A program made the position numbers and the translations under genes. A stretch of 64,000 bases of DNA from an uncultured cyanobacterium (GTDB taxonomy: Bacteria > Cyanobacteriota > Cyanobacteriia > PCC-9006 > JAAUQQ01): contig OY970368.1 in NCBI GenBank assembly GCA_963718615.1, forward strand, positions 832,001 through 896,000, read 5' to 3'. Below, piece by piece: positions 30,698 to 41,593 of the stretch; the stretch's first letter is position 1, and every line of letters starts with the position of its first letter. The notes beneath the pieces were generated by a model. That model was not told where the DNA came from, searched no databases, and saw only the letters and a list, made by a program, of their open reading frames with translations.

Positions 30698-31804
30698 CTA
30701 TCCCTGCGCTTTATAAAAGGGTTTTTTGACCACTTGGCCGGACTGGGGCTTTTTGCGAATTTCGACGGTGATGGGGGTGCCGATTTTAGCTAACTCCGTG
30801 GGGACATAGGCGAGGGCGATCGCCTTTTCCAGCGTCGGTGACCAAGTGCCGCTCGTCACTTCCCCTACCGCCTGACCGTCTGCCAGGACGGAATAACCAT
30901 GGCGGGCAATATTACGGCCTTCCATTTCGACGCCCACCAGCCGTCGCTTGACACCGTTAGCCTTCTGGCCTTCGAGCACCGACCGCCCAACAAAATCACC
31001 CTTGCGATCGAGATGAACCAACCAGCCCAAACCCGCTTCCAGGGGCGTAGTCGTATCATCAATATCATTGCCATAGAGCGCCATGGCCGCCTCTAGGCGC
31101 AGCGTATCCCTGGCCCCGAGCCCACAGGGCACCGCACCGGCCTCTAGGAGTGCTGTCCAGAACGCCTCGCCCCCCTCAGCCGGAATCATCACCTCAAAGC
31201 CATCTTCGCCGGTATAGCCTGTCCGGGCTAGAAAGGCTGGGTAACCGAGCACATCCGTCTCTGCATGGCCAAATCGGGCCACGGCTGACAAATCCGTCGT
31301 CGGGACTAGGGTTTGCAGGGTTGCAACGGCGGTGGGACCCTGAACGGCGATTAGCACATTGGTGGCGCTGCGATCGTCCAGGGCGATCGCCCTACCCAAA
31401 TGACCCACGAGCCACTCCCTATCCTTATCCTTCGTCGCCGCATTCACGATCAGAGCCACGGCCTCCCTACCGTTCTTTTCACCCTGGTTATAAATAATCA
31501 AATCGTCAATGATTCCAGCCTGTTCATTGAGTAGAACCGTATATTGAGCCTGACCGGGCTGGAGCTGGCTCAGATCCGTCGGCACTAACCCTTGCAACCC
31601 CGCGAGAATACCGTCGCCCCGCAGAAAAAACTTACCCATGTGAGAAATATCAAAGATTCCCGTCCCGGTCCGAACCGCCTCGTGCTCCTGAATCAGCCCT
31701 TGGAACTGCACCGGCATTTCCCAGCCCGCAAAGGGCACCATCCGGGCGGAGCTGGATTGGATAAGGTCATAGAGGGGGGTGCGGAGCAGATTGGATGAAG
31801 CCAC
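30698..31804 (-). CDS. gcvT: Glycine cleavage system aminomethyltransferase T
   Basis: RTPLY...FAGWEMP...FDISHMG...RTGYTGEDGFE...GARDTLRLEA. Probable GTG start at 31804. Confidence 0.97.
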   Translation of the reverse strand: MASSNLLRTPLYDLIQSSSARMVPFAGWEMPVQFQGLIQEHEAVRTGTGIFDISHMGKFFLRGDGILAGLQGLVPTDLSQLQPGQAQYTVLLNEQAGIIDDLIIYNQGEKNGREAVALIVNAATKDKDREWLVGHLGRAIALDDRSATNVLIAVQGPTAVATLQTLVPTTDLSAVARFGHAETDVLGYPAFLARTGYTGEDGFEVMIPAEGGEAFWTALLEAGAVPCGLGARDTLRLEAAMALYGNDIDDTTTPLEAGLGWLVHLDRKGDFVGRSVLEGQKANGVKRRLVGVEMEGRNIARHGYSVLADGQAVGEVTSGTWSPTLEKAIALAYVPTELAKIGTPITVEIRKKPQSGQVVKKPFYKAQG

Positions 31805-31896
31805 GGGAGTCGAATCGAGAGATACGTCCTCAACTATAGCGGCTTGCTTCCCTTCGATAATCCTGAACTGGCGCAAAAGATTCGCAAAAAACTTGC

Positions 31897-31923
31897 AAAA
31901 AAAAACCCGGAAGTTCTTCCGGG
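31897..31923 (-). terminator. Intrinsic terminator upstream of gcvT (minus strand)
   Basis: On the minus strand, cccggaa-gaac-ttccggg followed by T9. Confidence 0.75.
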
Positions 31924-32218
31924 CTCACAAGCAGCTTCTCATGTCTCAAATCTTAAGCGGGAAACTCGGATTGTCTGATAAGCAGATGATGAAAATACGC
32001 AGACTTCATTTAAAGAAACCGAAAAGTTTACTCTGGTCGATCGCTCTCATTCCCTAAAAATCAGCCCTTTCAAATCCTCTTCTAGACCATAAAATACAAG
32101 CATTCAGCCATTTAACGGACCGGAGATGGCCCTAGGTCAGCTCAAAACCTACTTTATTGCCATGGGTAACTAATATAGCCAAAGGCGCTCTGGCATCACC
32201 CAAGGTTCTCTAGCGCAT

Positions 32219-32695
32219 CTAGCCCTCAGGATCCTGCTGGCGGGGCCGCGAGGCGGCACGACGCCAAGCAAAGACGCTGTTCACCACCCGGCGACGGTCT
32301 TCGACCCGATAGGGACGGTTGGAGACATAGCGCGATCGCCGTTTTTGTCGGGGATCCACATATTCCTCGGAATATTCCGCATCGGGATTGAGCAGAATAT
32401 TGGCATCCATCCCCGCGAGGGCTCCAGGATTGCGAATTTCAATGTCCCGTTCCTGGCCCTTGAGCTGTTTGGTGTCTTCCCACCAACCGACCAGAAACCC
32501 CCCAGCGAGCCCCGCGATCGCCCCAAAGACGACCGCAAGCGCCAAGGGAAACCGCAATAGCACAAGGATCACGAGGAAGAGCAGCCAATATTGCAGCCCC
32601 GCTGTAAATCCATCATTGCCAGATTGGTTCTTGGCCTTCGATTTAGAGGCCGGTTTGGAGGCCGGTTTTGCGCCACCGCCTTTGCTGTCACTCAT
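32219..32695 (-). CDS. Hypothetical membrane protein
   Basis: 158 aa with two TM-like segments. Confidence 0.7.
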   Translation of the reverse strand: MSDSKGGGAKPASKPASKSKAKNQSGNDGFTAGLQYWLLFLVILVLLRFPLALAVVFGAIAGLAGGFLVGWWEDTKQLKGQERDIEIRNPGALAGMDANILLNPDAEYSEEYVDPRQKRRSRYVSNRPYRVEDRRRVVNSVFAWRRAASRPRQQDPEG

Positions 32696-32783
32696 GACTC
32701 AGGAAGCTCCCCGCGTTCATAACCCCACTCTTTATAAAGCTTCCGGGGATGAATGTCAGCTTTTCGGCGCTTTATGAGGTGCT

Positions 32784-34820
32784 TTATGGGGTGCGAGCCA
32801 GCACTCGCTCCGCCACTTTGTCCGGCACTTCTTGCAGGTGGTCATGCTCCCAGCTAAAGAAACCGACGCCGAGGGTGAGCGATCGCAATTCCATAATCAA
32901 GTCCTGCATTTCCGCCTGGGGCAGATAGGCCGAGATCTCATCCCAACCGAACCAGTCCGTTTTGATGTCGTAGCCGAGAATTTGACCGCGACGGGTGCTG
33001 AGCAACTTGAGGACGCTGGACGTAAACTCGTTGGGCACCGAAATCATAATCGACAGAATTGGCTCCAGGAGTGTGGGCTGGCAGTTGGGCATCCCCGACT
33101 GCATGGCAATGCGGGCGGCCTGCTTGAAGGCTTGTTCCGAGCTATCCACCGAGTGGTAGGAGCCATTAGTCAGCGTCACCGCCACATCCACGACCGGATA
33201 GCCCAAGGGACCCTGGACCAGGTATTCGCGCACGCCGGTTTCGACGCCAGGAATATATTGACGAGGAACTACGCCGCCAACGATTTTTTGGTCGAAGCTA
33301 AAGCCTTCCCCCCGAGGGAGGGGCTGAATGTCAATAAAGACATCCCCAAATTGCCCATGGCCACCGGTTTGGTGTTTGTAGCGACCATGGACATTTTCGT
33401 TCCGCTGACGAATGGTTTCCTTGTAGGGAATTTGCGGCAGGTGGGTCGCCATGGGCAGATTGTACTTGCGCTGGAGTCGGTCGAGATTGACCTGAAGATG
33501 AATTTCCCCTTGGCCCCAGAAAATGACCTCGTGGGTATCGCCATGGTGCTCCCAGCGCAGCGATGGATCTTCATCCATCAGCTTGTTGAGTGCGGCGCTC
33601 ATTTTGACTTCGTCCTTGCGATTTTGGGGGGCGATCGCCAGGGCAAACACAGGCCGCAAGGGCTCTAATCCCGGCAAAGCCACCGTTGCCGCATCACCCG
33701 CCCAGTCCACCACCGTCAGCGTATCCCCTGTCTTCGCGTTCTCCAACCGCGTGAGGGCGACGATATCTCCCGCTTGGGCCTGGGAGAGCGACAGCATGTG
33801 CTGACCCATGAGCCGATAGAGACCGCCGGGGCGCTCGCCATTCAAAACGGTGCTTTCACTCAGTTCACCCTGCCAGAGCCGCACCAGCGAGAGTTTGCCG
33901 ATCTGGGGCAGATAAAAGGTTTTGAGCACCTGGGCCACGGGAGCTGAACGGCTGCCCACACCGCGACGCTCGGCGGTTTCTTCGGGGCTTGGAGCTTCTC
34001 GCAGGAGGGCATCCAGCAGATGGCGCACGCCATAGTCTTCCGGGGCCAGTCCGAGGAACACCGGCACAATCAGGTCGGCGCTCAGCTCCCAGCGCAGATC
34101 CTTGACAATTTCTTCCTCGGGCGGATTAATTTCTTCCAGGAGTTCTTCCAGCAAATGGTCATCAAAATCGGCGATCGCCTCCAACATTTCCACCCGCGCC
34201 GCCTGTTCTTCCTCCCGCAACCGTTCGGGCATGACCATGGGCGTGGCGGGATTGCCGGACTCGTAATGGAAGGCCTTTTCGCTGACCAAATCAATAAAGC
34301 CCACTAACTCGTCACCCTGACGAATCGGATAGTGGTGGGGCACCAACGGACGGCTCGAAACCGACTGAAGCTGATGCAATACATCCATAAAATCGTTGTG
34401 ATACATCCGGTCCATCTTGTTGACAAAAACCAGATGGGGAATCTCCCAATCATCCAAAAACTTAAACAGCGGGGCCAGAATCAACACCCGGTTCGGATCG
34501 GGTTCACAGACAATCACCGCCGCATCGACGCCAACTAACGCATCCCAAGTCTCCTGGGCAAATTCAATCGAACCAGGACAGTCAATAAAATTAAAGCGCA
34601 ACCCGCCGTAGTCGGCACTGGCTGCGCTAATTTCAACGGTCATTTGGCGATCGCGGGCTTCAGCGGCTCCATCTCCGACGGTATTCCCCTCAGGAATTGA
34701 CCCTTTTCGAGAAATCGTATCAGTGACAAAGAGAAAACTTTCGAGAAGTGTGGTTTTACCGCTTGAATAGGGACCAACGATCGCCACATTTCGGATGCCC
34801 GACACAGCTTTTTCGTGCAT
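32784..34820 (-). CDS. Elongation factor G-like protein (EF-G paralog)
   Basis: GPYSSGKTT, DCPG, NKMD and YKHQTGGHGQFG motifs. RQMTV replaces the canonical RGITI. Confidence 0.92.
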   Translation of the reverse strand: MHEKAVSGIRNVAIVGPYSSGKTTLLESFLFVTDTISRKGSIPEGNTVGDGAAEARDRQMTVEISAASADYGGLRFNFIDCPGSIEFAQETWDALVGVDAAVIVCEPDPNRVLILAPLFKFLDDWEIPHLVFVNKMDRMYHNDFMDVLHQLQSVSSRPLVPHHYPIRQGDELVGFIDLVSEKAFHYESGNPATPMVMPERLREEEQAARVEMLEAIADFDDHLLEELLEEINPPEEEIVKDLRWELSADLIVPVFLGLAPEDYGVRHLLDALLREAPSPEETAERRGVGSRSAPVAQVLKTFYLPQIGKLSLVRLWQGELSESTVLNGERPGGLYRLMGQHMLSLSQAQAGDIVALTRLENAKTGDTLTVVDWAGDAATVALPGLEPLRPVFALAIAPQNRKDEVKMSAALNKLMDEDPSLRWEHHGDTHEVIFWGQGEIHLQVNLDRLQRKYNLPMATHLPQIPYKETIRQRNENVHGRYKHQTGGHGQFGDVFIDIQPLPRGEGFSFDQKIVGGVVPRQYIPGVETGVREYLVQGPLGYPVVDVAVTLTNGSYHSVDSSEQAFKQAARIAMQSGMPNCQPTLLEPILSIMISVPNEFTSSVLKLLSTRRGQILGYDIKTDWFGWDEISAYLPQAEMQDLIMELRSLTLGVGFFSWEHDHLQEVPDKVAERVLARTP

Positions 34821-35144
34821 ATTCTGCCTCCTTGGGGGCCAAGGCTTTGGGCCTTTGTTGCCCACCCGATATGGTTCTGCAAAGAGCAGAACTTGGCAGT
34901 GGAAACTGCGGAGGAACTATCTAGCCAATTGGACTCGCAGGGGCTAGGGTCGCAGGTCTAGGAGATCAAAACACTGCTGAAGTTCTGCCACTTTGACCCT
35001 AACCCGGATTGGATTCCGTTCCGGTCTCACGACATTTTTCGTAAGGCAATGACGAGGATATGTCACCAAAATAGTGAGTTTTGTATGGTTTTGAATCGTT
35101 GTGTAACGATCCAAGTTCAGAACCCAATTTGCTCAGAGCCCAAT

Positions 35145-36050
35145 TTAGAGATATTTGGCTAGAATTGCTTGGAGTTTGGTTTTGGTGGCTGCGGAGGCTT
35201 GATCCAAGGGCGTTAAAATGGCAAATTTCAAGGCGGAATGGGCCTCAGAAACGGGCATCTCCGCACTCAACCGTTTGACCGTTTCGCGAATTACGGTTTG
35301 GGCATTGACTGCATTTTTGCGCAGATTACCAATGACCATTTCGACGGTGACGCTGTCGTGGTCTTCGTGCCAACAGTCGTAATCGGTGACGAGGGCAAGG
35401 GTTGCGTAGGCAATTTCGGCTTCGCGGGCCAGCTTGGCTTCCTGTAGATTCGTCATGCCAATAATCGAGGCCCCCCAACTGCGATAGAGATTTGACTCTG
35501 CTTTGGTCGAGAACGCTGGGCCTTCCATACAGACATAGGTGCCCCCCACATGCAAATCGGACCCTTCCAGGTTTGAACTCTTGACCGCATCGGCGAGGAT
35601 TTGGCTGAGTTTGGGACACACCGGATCACCAAAGGTGACGTGGGCCACGATACCGTCTCCAAAAAAGGTTGAGATGCGATTGCGGGTGCGATCGATAAAT
35701 TGATCAGGAATCACCATATCTAAAGGCTTCATCTCTTTGCGAAGCGACCCGACTGCCGAGGCCGAGACGATATATTCGACCCCTAGCATTTTGAGCGCAT
35801 AGATATTGGCCCGAAACGGGAGTTCTGTGGGTGACAAATGGTGGTTGCGGCCATGGCGGGGTAAAAAGACAACGCGGGTGCCATCGAGGGTTCCAATGAT
35901 AAAGCGGTCGGAGGGATCGCCAAAGGGGGTGGCGATCGCCCGCTCTTCCACGTCCTGCAACGCCTCCATTTTGTAGAGGCCACTGCCGCCAATGATGCCA
36001 ATTTTGATCGGTTCGTTTTTGATCGGTTCGTTCGGAGTAGAGTCGCTCAT
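35145..36050 (-). CDS. mtnP: S-methyl-5'-thioadenosine phosphorylase
   Basis: [10 protein letters not shown]...LPRHGR...[11 protein letters not shown]...GMT...TDYDCW. Confidence 0.95.
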   Translation of the reverse strand: MSDSTPNEPIKNEPIKIGIIGGSGLYKMEALQDVEERAIATPFGDPSDRFIIGTLDGTRVVFLPRHGRNHHLSPTELPFRANIYALKMLGVEYIVSASAVGSLRKEMKPLDMVIPDQFIDRTRNRISTFFGDGIVAHVTFGDPVCPKLSQILADAVKSSNLEGSDLHVGGTYVCMEGPAFSTKAESNLYRSWGASIIGMTNLQEAKLAREAEIAYATLALVTDYDCWHEDHDSVTVEMVIGNLRKNAVNAQTVIRETVKRLSAEMPVSEAHSALKFAILTPLDQASAATKTKLQAILAKYL

Positions 36051-36346
36051 GAAACCTGGGGGACGGATCTAAAGAAATCAACGGATCTGATTTTAGGTCC
36101 AGTTCAGCCCCGGCTCCTCATTGGAGTGGCAGCTTGAGGAAAAACCTTTGTGTCAAATGGAGCTTGAATTCTGCAATAAAAGCATTTCAAGCACCAAGCA
36201 GTGTCTTTGAGTCATTGATGGGCAGCGGATTTGACCTGAAATCTAAGCTAAGCCTAACGGGATTCATAACCAGTGGTTATCCCTGTTTAGCTCTTTGAAC
36301 TGACTAGGATAAGTCTGACCCTAGCGTTGAAAATCTCCGCTTGGAT

Positions 36347-36394
36347 CCCTGAGAAAACTTCTCCCTGAAAACTTCTCCCTGAAAACTTCTCCCT
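36347..36394. repeat. 14-bp tandem repeat (about 3 copies)
   Basis: ccctgagaaaacttct ccctgaaaacttct ccctgaaaacttct ccct. Confidence 0.85.
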
Positions 36395-36406
36395 AGGCTT
36401 GGTTTC

Positions 36407-36730
36407 ATGTCTTCCTTTACAACTGCCCCACTCTTGTCTCAAAGTCAAACGGCTGCACTTGGAAGTTTAGAACGGCAGCGATCGCTCACCCGCCTTCTGA
36501 TCCAAATGCAGGCTTCAGGAAAAATCTGGGTGGACCCTAGGCTTGAGCAAACCGGAGAGGGCGATCGCTATGCGGTTGCCCTCCAAAAAGCAATGCTGGA
36601 TCTCTGTCAACGGCCAGAACATTACACAATAGAGGGGCTGTTTGACCAGTTTAACCAAGCGCTGCGGCAATCCTGCAATCACCATGAAACGCCCTTTGCG
36701 TGCTCTACGCAATTTCATCCACGGGTCTAG
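36407..36730 (+). CDS. Hypothetical protein; possibly a truncated N-terminus of a cyanobacterial sigma-70-like/HetZ-related regulator
   Basis: RQRSLTRLLIQMQASGKIW...YAVALQKAMLDLCQ resembles that family from memory. Confidence 0.4.
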   Translation: MSSFTTAPLLSQSQTAALGSLERQRSLTRLLIQMQASGKIWVDPRLEQTGEGDRYAVALQKAMLDLCQRPEHYTIEGLFDQFNQALRQSCNHHETPFACSTQFHPRV

Positions 36731-38036
36731 GCGGACGCTGATCTTGAGCCTACTATTGATGACGATCCTCCAGCTCATCCTGCTCGGGGGATGGTGGCTG
36801 ACTTGGCCCCCGGTCATCCTATCCTTTGTGGTTCCGATTCAGGAAGCCGAAGCTTGGGCCAAACCGATTGCGGCCTTTGAGCGTCAACATCCCAAAATCC
36901 GATTCAATCTAGTCACGGGTGACTATTCCACCGATGCCTTACAGGCAATTTATACGGCGGACTTTCAGGCCCAGTCACCCCAGTATGACTTGATTTATCT
37001 AGACATTATTTGGACGGTTCCCTTTGCGACAGCGGGCCAATTGCGAGACCTGTCTGAGACGGTTGATAAGACAAGCCTCGCTCAGTTTTTGCCGAGTGAG
37101 GTTCGAGCGGGACGCTATCAGGGGAAACTCTATCGCTTTCCCTTTCGCACAGATGTGGGTGTTTTACTGAGTCGGGAGGACCTGCTCCAGGAAGGAGGGG
37201 AAACGCATCCCCAGGACTTTGAAGCCTTGGGGCAGATTGCGCAGCGCTTGCAGAAACAACAGATTGCGGAGGTGGGTTACCTGTGGCAGGGGCAAGCCTA
37301 TGAGGGACTCGTCGCGCACTTTGTCGAAATTTTAGATGGCTTTGGTGGGTTTTGGGTTAATCCTGAGACTCAGACGGTGGGGCTGGACGAACCGGAGGCG
37401 ATCGCGGCGGCAACGTTTTTGCGATCGCTCATCACCCGCCAAATTACCCCTACCGACGTTACTCGCTACGACGAATACAGTTCGCTCGATCGCTTCATGG
37501 AGCAAGGGGATACGGTTTTTTTGCGCAGTTGGCCCATCTTTGGCGCTTTGGCCCGAGCCCAATACCCACAGGTTTCCATACACCCCTTGCCTCGGCAACA
37601 AGATCGACTAAGCCGGAGTGTGCGAGGCGGCTGGGGGCTGGGAATTGCAAGCGGTTCAGCCCATCCGCAGGAAGCTTGGCAGGCGATCGCCTTTTTTACC
37701 CGTGTTGATGTTCAACGGGAATTTGCCTTGGAATCGGGATTTTTGCCCAGCCGTACTGCGTTATTCACCGATCCGGCCCTAGTCCAACGCTATCCCGATT
37801 TGCCTCAAATTCAGCAGATTTTAGAAGAACAATCGGTGTTTCGACCGGCGATCGCCCAATACCCCCAAGCCTCGGCTATCTTACAAACCCATCTCTGGGA
37901 GATTTTGACTGGAACAGTCGATCCGGCAACGGGGATGAGCGCGGCGGCTGCCGAAACCCAGCAGCTTTTGGGGGCAGCGTTGGGTCAACGGATGAATGAA
38001 CGCCGATCGAGCCCGGAAGCCCGTTCCGGCGGTTGA
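36684..38036 (+). CDS. Sugar ABC transporter substrate-binding protein
   Basis: YDLIYLDIIW...WQGQAYEGLV...FLRSWP...GGWGLGI. Confidence 0.88.
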   Translation: MKRPLRALRNFIHGSRRTLILSLLLMTILQLILLGGWWLTWPPVILSFVVPIQEAEAWAKPIAAFERQHPKIRFNLVTGDYSTDALQAIYTADFQAQSPQYDLIYLDIIWTVPFATAGQLRDLSETVDKTSLAQFLPSEVRAGRYQGKLYRFPFRTDVGVLLSREDLLQEGGETHPQDFEALGQIAQRLQKQQIAEVGYLWQGQAYEGLVAHFVEILDGFGGFWVNPETQTVGLDEPEAIAAATFLRSLITRQITPTDVTRYDEYSSLDRFMEQGDTVFLRSWPIFGALARAQYPQVSIHPLPRQQDRLSRSVRGGWGLGIASGSAHPQEAWQAIAFFTRVDVQREFALESGFLPSRTALFTDPALVQRYPDLPQIQQILEEQSVFRPAIAQYPQASAILQTHLWEILTGTVDPATGMSAAAAETQQLLGAALGQRMNERRSSPEARSGG

Positions 38037-39145
38037 GCTTGCCAAGCCTCGTACCAGCGCAGAAATATCAAAACTTGCAGGAATAACAAAACAAGATTGA
38101 TGCCCATTAGCCCGAAGAACAGGGTTCGGGTTGAGGATTTAGGAGGCGTTGAACTAGGAATCGGCGCTGTCTTGGGAGGCTGATCCCGCTGTAGGCTGTT
38201 CAATCTCTGGGCAATGGCTGCGGCACTCGTAGGACGCTGGCCTGGAAAGGGGGCCATTAAGTCATCAATGAGCTGGATGAATGGTGGAGAAAGATGAGCG
38301 GCTGAGGCTTGCCAATGGAGATTTCCAGTTTGGAGATCCTCTTCAAAATCTAGGGGAGATTTGCCCGTCAGCAACTGCACAAACGATCGCCCCAAGGCAT
38401 AGAAATCTGATTGGGGAACTGCCTTGCCATTGATTTGTTCCAGAGGCGTATATCCTGGCGAAACCACACTGGTAATCTCTCGTCTTCCTGCAATCTTAGC
38501 TAAATAGGTATTTGTCACCTGTTTGACAGTCCCAAAATCAATCAGCACCAGTTGGCCGTTAGGACGATGCATAATATTGGACGGTTTAAGGTCGCGATGA
38601 AAGAGATCTTTTTGATGAATTTGCTGCAAAATTTCAATGAGTTGTGTCAACCAATCTTCTGCCCGTTTTTGATCAATGGGACCGCGCTGATTTAGCCATT
38701 GATCCAGTGTTTCTCCCTGAATTTTTTCCATCATAAAACAAGGCAACGGCTCGGCTTGTGAGGCGAGCACCACCGTAAAATAAGCATCTGCCTCGACCTG
38801 GGGAACACCGGGATGGTCTAACTGCTGCAATACCCGAGCTTCCCGCTCAAAAAGAGACAGCAAGTGCGGCTGTTTGAGGATTTTCAGAACCTTATGCGGA
38901 GCCAACCGTTCTTGGGTTTTAACTTCGGAGTGCTTGGCTTCAGGGGTCTCGGTTTCTGGCAATGCTGATTGGTCAATGACCTCAAAAATTTCCGTCGTAC
39001 TCCAATCCTCCAAGGGCCGCAGGGGCTGCAACAAGCGATAATGACCTTGAATGAGCAACGGCGTCCCGCAGGCTTGACAGATATCTTGCCCTGCTGGGTT
39101 GAGGCGATCGTGGCATTTGGGATTGATACAGTAGCTCAGGACCAT
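37985..39145 (-). CDS. Ser/Thr protein kinase with N-terminal 4-Cys prefix and C-terminal TM helix
   Basis: YCINPKC...CQACG; HRDLKPSN; LIDFG; GYTPLEQ. Confidence 0.95.
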   Translation of the reverse strand: MVLSYCINPKCHDRLNPAGQDICQACGTPLLIQGHYRLLQPLRPLEDWSTTEIFEVIDQSALPETETPEAKHSEVKTQERLAPHKVLKILKQPHLLSLFEREARVLQQLDHPGVPQVEADAYFTVVLASQAEPLPCFMMEKIQGETLDQWLNQRGPIDQKRAEDWLTQLIEILQQIHQKDLFHRDLKPSNIMHRPNGQLVLIDFGTVKQVTNTYLAKIAGRREITSVVSPGYTPLEQINGKAVPQSDFYALGRSFVQLLTGKSPLDFEEDLQTGNLHWQASAAHLSPPFIQLIDDLMAPFPGQRPTSAAAIAQRLNSLQRDQPPKTAPIPSSTPPKSSTRTLFFGLMGINLVLLFLQVLIFLRWYEAWQAQPPERASGLDRRSFIR

Positions 39146-39172
39146 GACTCCTTCTTTAGCCCTAATTTAACC

Positions 39173-40528
39173 CTAGCGCGCTTGCCGACGGCGGCGGAGG
39201 CTCACATATTCCCGCACCACAGGTTGGAGGGTAAAGCCTGCGGTACTGCGTTCGATCAGCGATCGCCGCAACAGCGACCCCAGGGCCTGAATCATTTCTG
39301 AGCTAGGCTCCGGAGGCAGCGCCTCCACGGACACAGCATCTTCCTGTTCGGCTAAGCGATATAAAACCGCTTGCTCGGTGGCCGATAGCCGTTCAAACTG
39401 TCGTTCAATCAAATCGCTTAAGTCACTGGTAATCAGAGTAATGCGCTGCTTCAAAAACACCGCGACATTGCCCCCAAAGACATCGCCAATCGTTGTTGCA
39501 ACCATCTTCAGCACCAGGGGATTGCCTCTATAAATCCGGATCATTTGATGCCAGAGGGCATCCCCCGAAAGCTGATTTTCCTGCAATAACTGCCGCGCTG
39601 CGGTTTCTTCTAGTCCTCCCAAATCCAAACAACGCACTGCCCGCTGGGGTCCCGCCAACAACACCAGTTCTCGGGGAGGCTCCCGACTGGTCAAGAGGGC
39701 GCAGCTTTGGTGTTGCTCTTCGCCCAGCCGCCGGAAAAATTCGCCATATTCTTCATACCCAGGCCGATAATGCCCCGCGAAATCGCCGCTGCGCAGTAGC
39801 GTTTCTACATTATCCAGAAGAAAAAAATAGCGGCGATCGACCAGTTTTTCCATCAACTGATTCAACAGCCCATGGACCGACTGCACCGTTTCTGTGAGCC
39901 GCTTCGGCTCTCTGCCCACCTCATTCTCCCCCTCCGATAGCTGCTGAATCCACCCCCTCAACACCGGCTCCAACGGAGGGCTATGGCGAAAGGATTGCCA
40001 AATTACCCCATCAAATTGACTGCGGATCCGCCCCGCCAGTTTCACGGCCAAAGCGGTTTTACCCATCCCCCCAGGACCACACAGGGCAATCAATCGACAG
40101 GGTTCAGCGACCCACTGATCCAAGGTTTCCAGTTCCGTTTCGCGCCCATAGAACACTGAAACATCGGGCACCTGATTCCAATTGATTTCAACTTTTGAAA
40201 CCCGATACCCGGCTTCCTTTAGCCAAGTGGCCACATCCCGCCAGCTTTCGAGACTATTGGGCGATCGCCCAGTCAAAGCCTCCACATAGCGATACAGCGT
40301 ATTGGACAGTGACACCTTGACCGTTCCCTCAGAGACCACCTGCACCGCTGCGATTTCCGCTGGACTAAATCCACACAGCAAGCCTCGCAAACGCTCTTGC
40401 TCGGTTTGGGTCAATGTCGAATGGGGCGTCAGACCCCCCAGGCATTGTTGTTTGACCTGGCCAAGGTCGCTGTAGAGTGTGGCGAGGTTCCACTGCTCGG
40501 CAGCTTGGGGAAAGGGCTCAGAACTCAT
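39173..40528 (-). CDS. NB-ARC/STAND ATPase with N-terminal HTH-like domain and no C-terminal repeats
   Basis: LRGLLCGFSPAEIA...FYGRETEL...GPGGMGKT...LLDNVE...LLTSRE...GNPLVL...FTLQPVVREYV. Confidence 0.88.
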   Translation of the reverse strand: MSSEPFPQAAEQWNLATLYSDLGQVKQQCLGGLTPHSTLTQTEQERLRGLLCGFSPAEIAAVQVVSEGTVKVSLSNTLYRYVEALTGRSPNSLESWRDVATWLKEAGYRVSKVEINWNQVPDVSVFYGRETELETLDQWVAEPCRLIALCGPGGMGKTALAVKLAGRIRSQFDGVIWQSFRHSPPLEPVLRGWIQQLSEGENEVGREPKRLTETVQSVHGLLNQLMEKLVDRRYFFLLDNVETLLRSGDFAGHYRPGYEEYGEFFRRLGEEQHQSCALLTSREPPRELVLLAGPQRAVRCLDLGGLEETAARQLLQENQLSGDALWHQMIRIYRGNPLVLKMVATTIGDVFGGNVAVFLKQRITLITSDLSDLIERQFERLSATEQAVLYRLAEQEDAVSVEALPPEPSSEMIQALGSLLRRSLIERSTAGFTLQPVVREYVSLRRRRQAR

Positions 40529-41593
40529 TCGCTCGACGAAGTAGTAGAACTGGCGGGTGCATAGAGGAGGGGCAGTAACCCACCGAACCCTGGACGTGGA
40601 TCAAAGCCTTACCTATCTGTCCCGAGGACTCAGTCTATCCTGCACAAGGCCCGCAATAAAGCCCAAATCCTGGAGGTGCAGCCCAGTCTGTGCAAGACTT
40701 CCCCCCCTGGGGACTGAACGGCAAATACGTAGTACAATGTATTACGTTCCTGCAAAACTGTTGCAATCCATAAAAGCTAACTTTTCCGCAGAAAATCAGA
40801 AGAAATCCTGCTGAATGAATCTCATCCTTGATAATGCAATAGCTCAAGATAAAATCCGGTCCACGGGTTGAGGGGAATTTAGGGTTCTTTCCCAGAACCA
40901 GTAAAGATCCCGTAAACCCGAAACTTTTGGATTTTGATTTCCGTCTTAGGGTTAAGGACCCCTTTTTCTGGTTCCTTGTGTAGCGTAGGATACTTCAATG
41001 CACCCACCCCACCGTCGGTTTTTCCACCTCTAGGTTTCGGCCAACCGTACCTTTACTTCCTAGAAAGGCGGTACTACTATTAAAAAGCAAAGTCGTAGTG
41101 ATTTCGACTTTGTGCGGTTCATCCATTGGCTTATCCGCGATCGCAATCTGCATCTCTAGGGGCTCAAGTTAGCTATTTTTTCCCCAATGACTGCAAATGG
41201 CGGCGCGAACTCAGGCTCTAGCATTAGAATACCCCGGCTGTCCTTGATAACTCTGAATCGTCAGCCTCGGTGTTTCAGTCGTGTCTCAGCACCGTTCTAT
41301 CCCTGCTTCTGAAGTTCTCTTGTATTGGTCTTGCGGCACCGTGAACACCTGTCAATTTTGTCCTTCGTTTTTGAAAGTTATTCCCATTTAGGATCTGGTT
41401 TTCTGCGTTTATGCCTTGGCCCACTGGAATTCCCCTTCGCGAGGGGTACCCAGTTTCCAGTTCCTAGCTTAGCCGCCTTCATTCATTTCTCCCAAAATCT
41501 TCTCGTTTTGTTGTTATTGCTGTCCTCAATCCGTGGGTGAGTCCAGCAGCTCACTCGTTATTCCTTTCCTGTTTAAGGAGTCCGTTGTAAACC

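Noticed and set aside
31805-32200. Glycine riboswitch upstream of gcvT
   Set aside because: The conserved GGAGA...CCGAAG...CUCUCAGG elements were not found.
40530-41593. Genes or ncRNA in the 1-kb gap before the sigma factor
   Set aside because: Only short motif-less ORFs. The gap is probably promoter and 5' UTR, and nothing specific can be supported.
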